The position numbers and the translations under genes are program-made. A stretch of 64,000 nt of DNA from Anaerohalosphaeraceae bacterium (GTDB taxonomy: Bacteria; Planctomycetota; Phycisphaerae; Sedimentisphaerales; Anaerohalosphaeraceae), in assembly GCA_963675525.2 (NCBI GenBank), contig CAXXSL010000020.1:32001-96000 (forward strand), in the 5' to 3' direction. The notes beneath the pieces were generated by a model, which worked only from the letters and a program-made list of their open reading frames with translations, was not told the DNA's origin and did no database searches. Each line of letters opens with the position of its first letter. The first letter of the stretch is position 1. Positions 8,674 through 17,279 of this stretch are shown here, piece by piece.

Positions 8674-9207
8674 ATGGAAACACCCCAAAAACGTCAACGC
8701 CTCACGCCCAAGCAGCGGGACTTTCTCTACCATGTCTACACCCTCGGCTTCTCCATCACCGACACGCTCAACAATCTCCACGTCCGCACGGTCACCTTCG
8801 AGCGATGGCTGACCAAACCCGTCTTCCTGAACCGGCTCCGCATGTACATCACCCAGTACTACCTGCAGGCCCGTCTGGAAATGGCCCGCAGCGCCCCCTC
8901 GGCCATCTCCGGCCTGACAATGCTCAGCCAAAAAAGTCTGCGGCACGATGATATGCGAAAGGCCTGCAACGACATCCTCAATTTTCAAACCCAGTTCGCA
9001 AAAATCGCCACCAGCTCAAAACAGGCACAAAACGGTGCACCTTTGGACAACTTTGGCGCACTATTGGCACAGTTTGGCGCATCTTTGGCACAAAATGGCT
9101 CATGTTTGGACACCGCCAGCGACAAAAATACACCCCAAAACCACCTTTTAGCTACCAAAAACGAAGAAAACACAATTTCTTGTAAGAGTTCACACTTTAG
9201 TGTGTAA
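8674..9207 (+). CDS. Hypothetical HTH protein resembling the phage terminase small subunit/phBC6A51-type HTH, with a heptad-repeat tail
   Basis: AAGGAG RBS. LTPKQ...LHVRTVTFERWLTKPVF...AISGL...RKACNDIL pattern. Confidence 0.55.
   Translation: METPQKRQRLTPKQRDFLYHVYTLGFSITDTLNNLHVRTVTFERWLTKPVFLNRLRMYITQYYLQARLEMARSAPSAISGLTMLSQKSLRHDDMRKACNDILNFQTQFAKIATSSKQAQNGAPLDNFGALLAQFGASLAQNGSCLDTASDKNTPQNHLLATKNEENTISCKSSHFSV
9025..9108 (+). repeat. Four imperfect in-frame 21-bp tandem repeats
   Basis: GCACAAAACGGTGCACCTTTG / GACAACTTTGGCGCACTATTG / GCACAGTTTGGCGCATCTTTG / GCACAAAATGGCTCATGTTTG, encoding AQNGAPL DNFGALL AQFGASL AQNGSCL. Confidence 0.75.
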
Positions 9208-9240
9208 AATATGCAAGCTCCAAGCTTGAACTCTTACGCT

Positions 9241-9262
9241 GCCGGCTGGAAACCGGCGGTAC
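9241..9262. repeat. REP-like palindrome (GCCGGCTGGAAACCGGCGGTAC)
   Basis: GCCGG...CCGGC stem followed by GGTAC. Related to 11024-11046. Confidence 0.55.
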
Positions 9263-9318
9263 AAAACTATTTGCGGAATGTCAAAAAACGATTATAATCC
9301 CGTGTTTCGTGAGTTGAA

Positions 9319-10470
9319 ATGATGACCGAATCGACAAAACAAAAAGCGTTTATTCATTGCCCCGAGCTGGAGCAGTATCCGTATCCGGATAGCTGTCCGT
9401 TCAAGACCAGCCGTGCGGGCAATGTTCGTGCGATGCTGGATTCGATGGGCCTGCTTTCCGGCGACGGCAAGATGGAAGTGGCCCCGCAGGCGGCGACGTT
9501 CGACCAATTACGCCAATTTCATACCGCCGAGTATCTCGATGCCCTCCAACGAGCGAGCAATGGCGAATACGAATACGAGATGCTGATGATGAACCTGGGC
9601 ACGGGGGATTGTCCGGTTTTTGGCGGCATGTATGACTACGCAACACTTGCGGCGGGGGCCACCATTACCGGCGCCAAACTGATCGCCGAGGGGAAAGCGA
9701 AAATCGCGTTTAATCCTTCCGGCGGATATCACCACGCCTTTGAGGACCGCGCGGGGGGATTTTGTTATGTTAATGACGTGGTGTTGGGCTGTCAGACACT
9801 CGCCGATGCGGGTAAGCGGGTGCTGTTTTTGGATATCGATGTGCATCACTGCGACGGTGTGCAGGCGGCCTTCTACGACCGCAGCGACGTGATGACGATT
9901 TCGATGCATCAGGACGGCCGGACATTGTTTCCCGGCACCGGCTACGTCGATGAAACCGGTACAGGCGAGGGCGAAGGCTACAGCGTCAATCTCCCCATGC
10001 CCATCGGCACGTATGACGACATTTATTTCAAGGCATTTCGTGAGGTGGTGATCCCGTTGATCCGTGCGTACAACCCGGATGTGATCGTATTGGAGGCTGG
10101 AGCCGATACACTGTCAGGTGACCCGCTGGCCGGGCTGTCGATGACGAATAATGTCTTCGTCGATGTGATCAATAACCTGCTGGCGTTCGATAAACCCATC
10201 CTCGCCACCGGCGGGGGAGGCTATAACGTTGACAATGCCGTGCGTGCCTGGGCATTGGTCTGGACGGCCCTGTGCGGCGAACAAATGGCCCACGACCTGA
10301 CCGCGGGCATGGGCGGCGTCATGCTCGAAAACATGGACTGGGCCGGCGGGGCGGGCCTGCGCGACCGCGTGCTGGTGCCCTCACAACACCAAAAAGAAAA
10401 CGTCGCACCGATGGTCGATCAGACAATCGAGCAGGTCAAAAGTCTGGTCTTCCCGATTCATGGAATATAA
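9319..10470 (+). CDS. Histone deacetylase family protein (AcuC-like Zn-dependent deacetylase)
   Basis: GGYHHA, GFCYVND, DIDVHHCDG, FPGTG, GADTLSGDPL and GGGGY are all intact. Confidence 0.9.
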   Translation: MMTESTKQKAFIHCPELEQYPYPDSCPFKTSRAGNVRAMLDSMGLLSGDGKMEVAPQAATFDQLRQFHTAEYLDALQRASNGEYEYEMLMMNLGTGDCPVFGGMYDYATLAAGATITGAKLIAEGKAKIAFNPSGGYHHAFEDRAGGFCYVNDVVLGCQTLADAGKRVLFLDIDVHHCDGVQAAFYDRSDVMTISMHQDGRTLFPGTGYVDETGTGEGEGYSVNLPMPIGTYDDIYFKAFREVVIPLIRAYNPDVIVLEAGADTLSGDPLAGLSMTNNVFVDVINNLLAFDKPILATGGGGYNVDNAVRAWALVWTALCGEQMAHDLTAGMGGVMLENMDWAGGAGLRDRVLVPSQHQKENVAPMVDQTIEQVKSLVFPIHGI

Positions 10471-10472
10471 TC

Positions 10473-10994
10473 ATGTCTGCAAAGCGAATTACTGACAAGG
10501 AATTGGTTAAACTGGCCCAAAAACTAAATGGGGCCTGCCAAGCCAAAATCATTTCACCGTCCGATGTTGAAACGGCGGCGTGGGTTCGGCTCAAATGCCA
10601 GTTCGGCTGCGACGGATTCAATCAATGCTTAGTTTGTCCGCCGTATAGTCCTACGCCCCAGCAGATGCGAAAAGTGCTGGATTGTTATGCACGGGCGGTT
10701 CTGGTGCATTTTGGGGATTACCCTGACAGCAAGACGCAGATGGCCAAATTGGAGCGGACGGTTTTCCTGAAAGGGGCATGGAAAGCGTTTGGGATGGGAG
10801 GGGGATCGTGCTTATTCTGCGAAACCTGTACGATGCAGGAGGGTACGTGTCGGCACAGTGAAAAGGCCCGCCCGTCAATGGAGGCCTGCGGCATTGATGT
10901 CTACACCACGGTCAAAAGAGCGGGACTGCCCATCGAGGTTGTCAAAAACCGCCGCCAATGTCCAAATTTTTACGGATTGCTGTTGGTGGATTAG
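10473..10994 (+). CDS. DUF2284-like Cys-rich metal-binding protein
   Basis: WVRLKCQFGC...CPP, GSCLFCETC, CRHSEKARPSMEACGIDV. The ATG at 10473 lies just after the deacetylase stop. Confidence 0.8.
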   Translation: MSAKRITDKELVKLAQKLNGACQAKIISPSDVETAAWVRLKCQFGCDGFNQCLVCPPYSPTPQQMRKVLDCYARAVLVHFGDYPDSKTQMAKLERTVFLKGAWKAFGMGGGSCLFCETCTMQEGTCRHSEKARPSMEACGIDVYTTVKRAGLPIEVVKNRRQCPNFYGLLLVD

Positions 10995-11023
10995 AATAAG
11001 GTGAGTTGGGGGTCGAATTGATT

Positions 11024-11046
11024 GCGGGCGAGACGCCCGCGTTCCC
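11024..11046. repeat. REP-like palindrome between convergent genes (may also act as a terminator)
   Basis: GCGGGCG-AGA-CGCCCGC followed by GTTCCC. Confidence 0.6.
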
Positions 11047-11048
11047 AG

Positions 11049-11885
11049 CTAATACCCCACAACAGCGATGCCGAGTTTGTCGGCGAGGGCGAGGGTTTCG
11101 GGTTTGTCGATGATGAGGGTTTTTTGTTTTTGGACGACGACGCAGGCGGCGTTGTTGTCTTTTAGGCTCTGGATGGTATCGACGCCGATGCAGGGCACGT
11201 CGAACCGCATGTCCTGATCGGGCTTGGCGGATTTAAGCAGGGTCCAGCCGCCTTTTTTGCAGAGTTCGCCGGCACGCTTGATCATTTTGGCGGTGCCTTC
11301 GATGGCCTCGACGGCGATGATCTCACGTTCCTTGACGGCGATGGCCTGTCCGATGTCCAACTCGCCGACCTTGCGGACGATGTCCCAGCCGAACTTGATG
11401 TCTTCCCACACAGTGGCAGGGGGTTGGCATTTGGTCATGACGCCTTCGTCGGCAAGGTGTTCTTTACAGTACATCGTCGAATCCTCCAGGAGTATGCCGC
11501 CGCTGGCAAATTCGTCAGCAATCGCGCATAAAACCGTATCGTTTCGTTTGTCTTTTTTCCGCAACCGCCAGTACCATATCCGCAATGCGCGCCAGTCCGG
11601 CAGGTATTTAAGTATTCGTCGCGGCGTATAAATTTTCGTCTTCGCGACCCTGCCGACCATGATCGTTTCCCGCACGCCGTGCCTGCGAAGTTTCCGCATC
11701 CATCCCCCGGGACGTGCGATCGCACCGGAAAAAAACACATCCACATGCTCGGCCAATGCGGGTTCGGCGCTGTCAGCCAGTCCGATGCAAATAACCTTCA
11801 AGCCAGCACGTTTGGCGCCGTCGGCCACCAGAAAAGGCAACCGTCCCTGTCCCGCGATCAGTCCGAGTACGTTGGGTGAGTCCAT
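11049..11885 (-). CDS. lpxI: UDP-2,3-diacylglucosamine diphosphatase LpxI
   Basis: GLIAGQGRLP, LDIGQAIAV, AVEAIEGT, KPDQDMRFDVPCIG. Adjacent to lpxD. Confidence 0.9.
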   Translation of the reverse strand: MDSPNVLGLIAGQGRLPFLVADGAKRAGLKVICIGLADSAEPALAEHVDVFFSGAIARPGGWMRKLRRHGVRETIMVGRVAKTKIYTPRRILKYLPDWRALRIWYWRLRKKDKRNDTVLCAIADEFASGGILLEDSTMYCKEHLADEGVMTKCQPPATVWEDIKFGWDIVRKVGELDIGQAIAVKEREIIAVEAIEGTAKMIKRAGELCKKGGWTLLKSAKPDQDMRFDVPCIGVDTIQSLKDNNAACVVVQKQKTLIIDKPETLALADKLGIAVVGY

Positions 11886-11890
11886 AGCCT

Positions 11891-12925
11891 TTATTCTTCT
11901 TCGCTTATGGTAAAACGCTGAATCTGTTTTTCAAGCTTACGCAGTTTTTGCCGCATGTCCGGCAGGGTTTCGATGAGGGCATAGGCACGCTTGGCTTTGT
12001 TGGCTTCAATGGCAGGGGCGCCGAGGATCGTTGCACCATCCGGAACGTCATTGATAACAGCCGCCTGCGCGCCGATGGTGACCATGTTGCCGATCTTAAT
12101 ATGGCCGACAATCCCAGCCTGTCCGCCGATGACACAGTGATGGCCTATCTCGACCGAGCCGGCTACGCCAACGTGCGGCACCAACAAACAATTCGCCCCG
12201 ATTTTTGCTCCATGCCCGATTGCTGTTCCATCACCGATTTTGCTGCCCTTACCGATCACAGTATCATTCAGCGTTCCGCGTTCAACGGCACAACCGGAAC
12301 CGATCTCGACGTCATCTTCTAATACAACAATTCCGATCTGCGGGATTTTATGATGCTCGCCTTTGTGCGTTGCAAAACCGAATCCATCCTGACCAACGGA
12401 AGCATTCGACTGGATGATGACGCGTTCGCCGACCCGGCAGCCGTCGTAGATCACGGCGTTGGGGTATATGACACAATCATTACCGATCACGGCATTGGGG
12501 CCTATAAACGCGCCGGAGTAAATTTGACAATTGTTACCGATCTCCGCGTTCTCACAAATCACCGCGAACGGATGGATGTTGCAGTTTTGACCGATTTTCG
12601 AAGACGGGTCCATTGCGGCCTGTTTACTGATCCCGGTTTGAGGATGCTGACGATGTCCGTGGAGCAGGACAACCGTCTGCATGAAAGCATAGTAAGGGTC
12701 TTCGGTTACGATCTGGCAGGCGTTGGTCTGAACTTGCTTAGAAACCAGAATGGCCGCTGCCTGGGTCGTCTTGACTTGCGGAGTGTATTTGGGATTGCTC
12801 AGGAAGGTGATCTGTCCGGGGCCGGCACTGTCCAGGGTGGCCGGCGATTCGATCGCCACAGAATCGTCACCGATGACCTGTCCGTTCACATGTTCTGCGA
12901 TTTCTTTAATCGTTTTTTGGGGCAT
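11891..12925 (-). CDS. lpxD: UDP-3-O-(3-hydroxyacyl)glucosamine N-acyltransferase
   Basis: ITFLSNPKY, hexapeptide repeats, GQDGFGF, KIPQIGIVVLEDDVEIG. Confidence 0.95.
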   Translation of the reverse strand: MPQKTIKEIAEHVNGQVIGDDSVAIESPATLDSAGPGQITFLSNPKYTPQVKTTQAAAILVSKQVQTNACQIVTEDPYYAFMQTVVLLHGHRQHPQTGISKQAAMDPSSKIGQNCNIHPFAVICENAEIGNNCQIYSGAFIGPNAVIGNDCVIYPNAVIYDGCRVGERVIIQSNASVGQDGFGFATHKGEHHKIPQIGIVVLEDDVEIGSGCAVERGTLNDTVIGKGSKIGDGTAIGHGAKIGANCLLVPHVGVAGSVEIGHHCVIGGQAGIVGHIKIGNMVTIGAQAAVINDVPDGATILGAPAIEANKAKRAYALIETLPDMRQKLRKLEKQIQRFTISEEE

Positions 12926-13009
12926 AAAAATCCTGTTCTGTGTTGATTTTCGCGTTTTTAGAATTATAGCAGTTCCGGCGGATACGTCAAATACCGATTG
13001 AGTAAGAAT

Positions 13010-14005
13010 TTAGAGCATTTTAAGCAGGGTTTGGGTCATTGCGGTCTGCTCGCAGGGGTTGGGATGCTGAAAACTGTCCGGTAACGGCTGTAAAATTTGC
13101 ACGTTTTTGCCGCGCGGTGCATACTGAACCGGATTGCTGGGGCCAAATAGAGCGAGTGTTTTTTTACTCATTCCGGCGGCCAGATGGGCGATGCCGCTGT
13201 CGTTGCCGAGAAATCCATCCGCCTGTGTCAAAACCTGCAGGACCTGTGTCAGGGACAGGTTTTCCAGCACGTGAAATTGACGGATCGCTTGAATCGCGGT
13301 ATCCTCAAAGCGTTCCTGTTCAGCAGGTCCCAGTAAAAAAACAGGCTGTAAACCATTGGTTTTTAAATCAGATGCTGTCTGAATGAAATTTTCCCAGTGC
13401 CAGCATTTTTGACGGGACCCGCTGCCGGGGTGGATTAATACAATTTTCCGGTCCGGATCGATCCCGACCCGTTCCAGTATATCGCCGCCTGCCTGATAAT
13501 CTTCGGGTAACGGGCAAATGGTGACGGTGTCCGGTTGGCGGGGGTGTTCCAATTGCTGCTGCTGTTGAAACGAATCCAGGTAAAAATCGCTGACATGGAC
13601 TTTCGCATCCGCGGCCGGCTTGGCATCGATGAGTCCCACCTCTGCGGAACGGCAGCAGTGAACGGTAAACAGCAGGTTCTTTTCGAAGGAAAAATGGCCA
13701 AAGCCGATGAAGCTGACGATCTGCTCATAACGGTCAAATAGTTTTAAAAGCGGATCATTGTCTTCAAGAACAAAGTCGGATTCAGGCTCAAACAACCGGT
13801 GCAAATCAACGGTCTCGATCGGACGGACCGCATCGATGCAGGTTCGTCCGGGATAAAAACTGATATACTCTGAAGGACCGATGAAATCAAGCCAATCCAG
13901 CGAACAGGCCTCTTTCAGACAGGATGCCAAGGGAAGCGCCAACAGGCAGTCCCCAATAGCACCGGAGTGCAGGATCACACCGCGTCTGAGTTCTTTATCG
14001 GCCAT
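13010..14005 (-). CDS. Glycosyltransferase family 9 (heptosyltransferase-like)
   Basis: GAIGD, IHPGSGSRQKCW, FLGNDSGIAHLAA, ALFGPS. Confidence 0.85.
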   Translation of the reverse strand: MADKELRRGVILHSGAIGDCLLALPLASCLKEACSLDWLDFIGPSEYISFYPGRTCIDAVRPIETVDLHRLFEPESDFVLEDNDPLLKLFDRYEQIVSFIGFGHFSFEKNLLFTVHCCRSAEVGLIDAKPAADAKVHVSDFYLDSFQQQQQLEHPRQPDTVTICPLPEDYQAGGDILERVGIDPDRKIVLIHPGSGSRQKCWHWENFIQTASDLKTNGLQPVFLLGPAEQERFEDTAIQAIRQFHVLENLSLTQVLQVLTQADGFLGNDSGIAHLAAGMSKKTLALFGPSNPVQYAPRGKNVQILQPLPDSFQHPNPCEQTAMTQTLLKML

Positions 14006-14062
14006 CACCGGACATTCAGCTCATTCAAGGGCCAATTCATATTCTACGACGTCAGCCCGTTT

Positions 14063-14878
14063 TTATTCCTCTTTTTTCTTTTGGAACGGATTGAGGCTCT
14101 TTAAGGCTTCCGTGGCTTCTTTGCCGCCTTCGATCAAACTTTCCACCTGTTTTTGTCCTTCCTGAATCAACTGTTGACCCTGCTCTGCCAATTGGCCGGT
14201 TAAGTCATTGATCATATCAGTCGGAAGCAGGCCTTTGCCCTGGTCCGCAATCCCTCCCGCAATGGCCAGAAGAATTTTTGTGACAAGTTCAGGGGTATTG
14301 ATCTTTTCTTTTGAGCCGATATTTTCCATGTGAATCGGGTTGATCTTCAGGGTCAGCGTATCCGCCCGTCCGGGAACCGGAAGCAGTTTAACCTTCACCG
14401 TCACGCCATTAATATCCAGTTGTTTGATCAGTAGATTTTTACCGGGCTTATCCTCGCTTTTGTCCTCAGCCGGTTCAGACTTCGGCAGATTGGCCAGAAT
14501 CTCCTTGAGATTATTCGTCAGGCCTTTTTGTTCCATAACCAGTGTGATATTGTCAAACTGCATCTTTTCAATCTCGATGGTATTGCTCAGCAAACTGGTT
14601 GTTTTCAGGTCGATATGGGCTTTTTCCAATTCAAGAAAAGTGGGGTTCTGGTAGCCTTCGGGATTATCCACCACCAGATTATCCATGTTTAATTTGCCTG
14701 CCAGTATCTTGAGGGCGATGTCATCCAGTTTGACATTCACTTTCATGGCGGAACCAGCGCCCGTTTCAATGCCGGTTTTTAAGGCCGCATCGCCAAAGAC
14801 ATTAATCAGCAATACCACAATCAAAATGAACACCAACAAACCGACAACGATTTTTGATATGATATTTTTCTTGTTCAT
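14063..14878 (-). CDS. AsmA/DUF748-like membrane-anchored protein
   Basis: N-terminal TM helix followed by a beta-rich region (VDNPEGY, TSLLSNTIEIEK, NNLKEILANL). Confidence 0.6.
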   Translation of the reverse strand: MNKKNIISKIVVGLLVFILIVVLLINVFGDAALKTGIETGAGSAMKVNVKLDDIALKILAGKLNMDNLVVDNPEGYQNPTFLELEKAHIDLKTTSLLSNTIEIEKMQFDNITLVMEQKGLTNNLKEILANLPKSEPAEDKSEDKPGKNLLIKQLDINGVTVKVKLLPVPGRADTLTLKINPIHMENIGSKEKINTPELVTKILLAIAGGIADQGKGLLPTDMINDLTGQLAEQGQQLIQEGQKQVESLIEGGKEATEALKSLNPFQKKKEE

Positions 14879-14910
14879 GACTAGTTCTCCTGAATTTAAG
14901 CATCCGTTTT

Positions 14911-16629
14911 TTATTTTAGAAATTTGGGGTCAACATAAACCCCCATGGCTTTGGCTTTTCGGGCGTATATTTTTGCAAATTCATATTCACCTAATTGATA
15001 ATATGAGATCGCTATACCATTATAGGCTTCAGCGCGGTTGGAGTCCAGTTGAATGGCCCTTAAATATTCCGTGATTGCATCCATGTGCTGCTGGTTGCCA
15101 GCCAGGGCGACAGCCAGATTGTAGTACAATGCCGCATTTTGCGAATCCAGACCGATCGCTCTCTGGTAAACAGAAATCGCCTCGTTGTACATGTTTTTAT
15201 TGAGATAAGCATTGCCCAGATTCTGCATTGCAGCGGTCATATTGGGGGAAAGGTTTATCGCGTTTTCATAAGCCTGAATTTCCTGGTCGGTTTGTCCCAT
15301 CCGGTTATAGGCTCTCGCCATTCCGAAATAGGTCTGAGCATTGGCCATCCGAAGGTCAATGACGGACTGAAATTCGATTATCGCCTGTTCTATCTGATCG
15401 GTATCCAGATATAGCAGACCCCGTGATGTTCTGGCCGAAGCGTTTGACGGATCCAAAGCAATCACCTTGTTAAACTGCGAAAAGGCTTTATCGGTCTGCT
15501 GAAGTTTCTGATAGATCTGACCCAGGAACAGGATGCTTTCGATATTGTCCGGATATATTTTGAGAGCCGTTTGAAGATAGGATATTGCCTTCTGGTCTTC
15601 ATTCTGCAGGTATAAAGACTGTGCAAGATTCCGGTAAACATCCACATTGTCGGGCGAAAGGTTCAAGGATGTTTTGTAATAGGACTCAGCTTTGCGATAT
15701 TCACCGATCTGCATGTAGGCGGTGCCAAGATTGTTAAAGGCCTTTTCATCCTGCCCCAGTATGGCCAATGCCTGCTCGTATTTACTGATGGCTTCACGGG
15801 GCATATTTTTTTGCAGATAAATATTGCCCAAATTCATATGAGCCTCTGAGAGCAGGGGGTTGATCTCGACCGCATCTAACAGGATATTAAACGCTTTGTC
15901 GGTATCGCCGATATCAAGATAACAGTTGCCCAGGTTGTTGAAAAAACATCCGAGAGTTTGTTTCTTGGTAAGATTTTTCATGTACAACGCTTTAAGACGT
16001 TTGGGCGGCTTAAAGCGTTCAATGTAATGTTCGTCCGGCGCAATGGCGCCATTGGAGGTTGTCTCAATGTTATAGCGGTGTTTGCCGTCATCGTATCGAA
16101 CAAAAAAATGTCCCGGTACCACAACACCGTACATGGGAAGACCGACTCGCTCGGCAATTGCCAGGTATAGGACAGACAAACTCAGACAGTATCCCTGTTT
16201 TTTTTCAACCACAACGTGCAGGAACAGATCGTCGGGATCGTCGGCGTTATCTACCGTAGAAAAACCCAGCTCATCAAACAAATAGGCATTGATCACACCG
16301 ATCGCACGATAATCTGCCGGGACATGTTCCTTTTTCAATCGCTTGAGTATTTCCTCTGCCATGTCGTCGATCTTTCGCCGATAGACATGCGAGGTTTTAT
16401 TGGTTCCCCAGTCACGGGAAAGAATCAGGGCCGCAGTTCCCAGATCGATCTCGTTCTCCCGTAAACGAAGAACACCTTCGATCGTAAAGGCACGAAGCCC
16501 TTGTTTATTTTGATTGGCTAATATTTCCGAATAGGCGTTTGTGACCAAAATCGTCAGGGTCATCAGAGCCGCATATAAAAAAACAAAATTAAGGCCCACT
16601 TGCTTAGTGGCCGAATAATTTTTCAACAT
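14911..16629 (-). CDS. Transglutaminase-like (SirB1/Transglut_core2-type) domain plus multiple TPRs; start uncertain
   Basis: YLFDELGF, FLHVVVEKKQGYCLSLSVLY, PGHFFVRY, then about 10 TPRs (AHMNLGNIY, AFNNLGTAY). Hydrophobic N-terminal segment. Confidence 0.8.
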   Translation of the reverse strand: MLKNYSATKQVGLNFVFLYAALMTLTILVTNAYSEILANQNKQGLRAFTIEGVLRLRENEIDLGTAALILSRDWGTNKTSHVYRRKIDDMAEEILKRLKKEHVPADYRAIGVINAYLFDELGFSTVDNADDPDDLFLHVVVEKKQGYCLSLSVLYLAIAERVGLPMYGVVVPGHFFVRYDDGKHRYNIETTSNGAIAPDEHYIERFKPPKRLKALYMKNLTKKQTLGCFFNNLGNCYLDIGDTDKAFNILLDAVEINPLLSEAHMNLGNIYLQKNMPREAISKYEQALAILGQDEKAFNNLGTAYMQIGEYRKAESYYKTSLNLSPDNVDVYRNLAQSLYLQNEDQKAISYLQTALKIYPDNIESILFLGQIYQKLQQTDKAFSQFNKVIALDPSNASARTSRGLLYLDTDQIEQAIIEFQSVIDLRMANAQTYFGMARAYNRMGQTDQEIQAYENAINLSPNMTAAMQNLGNAYLNKNMYNEAISVYQRAIGLDSQNAALYYNLAVALAGNQQHMDAITEYLRAIQLDSNRAEAYNGIAISYYQLGEYEFAKIYARKAKAMGVYVDPKFLK

Positions 16630-16909
16630 CTTCTCTGGAAACTCCCTGAAGGCATATTTTTTTGATACAGCTTGTCTTTCCGCTTGTGATTTGCAATGCA
16701 TTTTTTTGTATCCCAAGTTGCTTTGCGATAAACGCCAGTAATGCCTTATTGGCTTTTCCCTTTTCGGGCGGGGCGGCGATCTTGATCTTCAACATGCCGT
16801 CGTGGGTTCCGGCTATTTCCGTGCGGCTGCTGCCGGGGACGACCTTGACGGTCAACTGGATATTCTGCTGGCTGTTCTGGCTTATCAAATCCGCGTCTGC
16901 CTTACACAT
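16604..16909 (-). CDS. DUF167 (YggU-like) protein
   Basis: VKVVPGSSR...LKIKIAAPPEKGKANKAL...ITSGKTS. Confidence 0.85.
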   Translation of the reverse strand: MCKADADLISQNSQQNIQLTVKVVPGSSRTEIAGTHDGMLKIKIAAPPEKGKANKALLAFIAKQLGIQKNALQITSGKTSCIKKICLQGVSREDVEKLFGH

Positions 16910-17210
16910 TCTCCTGAATGTTCTGTCCCACAGCGTGTTGAATATAGCGTTCTATCTGGCCGGCTAGTTCACTGATCGATTCAATTTGAAAATCCTCATA
17001 ATGCCCTTGAACAAATTCGCCATTAAGCGCTTTTTTGAAGACTTTCACCCGTATTACGGGAACACTCCTGCCGTTTTGTCCGAATCGCGGGTTTTGATGT
17101 TCACGTAATTCAACACGCCAGTTTTCACTGATAAAGACAAGACAATTGCCGGTGTTCACTGCTATGGGAAAATAGTCCAGCAATAATTTTAAAACGTTTG
17201 CCTGACCCAT
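16902..17210 (-). CDS. Hypothetical protein
   Basis: 102-aa ORF with AAGGA RBS, overlapping the start of the DUF167 gene. Confidence 0.65.
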   Translation of the reverse strand: MGQANVLKLLLDYFPIAVNTGNCLVFISENWRVELREHQNPRFGQNGRSVPVIRVKVFKKALNGEFVQGHYEDFQIESISELAGQIERYIQHAVGQNIQENV

Positions 17211-17279
17211 TGAATCCTTTCTTATTTTTCGAGTTTAGACATTACTGCATATTAGCAATATTATAACCATTTCGGTCGA

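Noticed and set aside
8674..9207. Prophage
   Set aside because: No large terminase, portal, capsid, tail or integrase genes are nearby.
1212..9262. CRISPR array or integron attC array
   Set aside because: The palindromes belong to different families and are not regularly spaced with unique spacers. No cas or integrase gene is present and no attC RYYYAAC..GTTRRRY frame was established.
10272..10472. Long Arg-rich N-terminal extension of the DUF2284-like ORF
   Set aside because: It is an off-frame overlap with the deacetylase gene; the ATG at 10473 is the plausible start.
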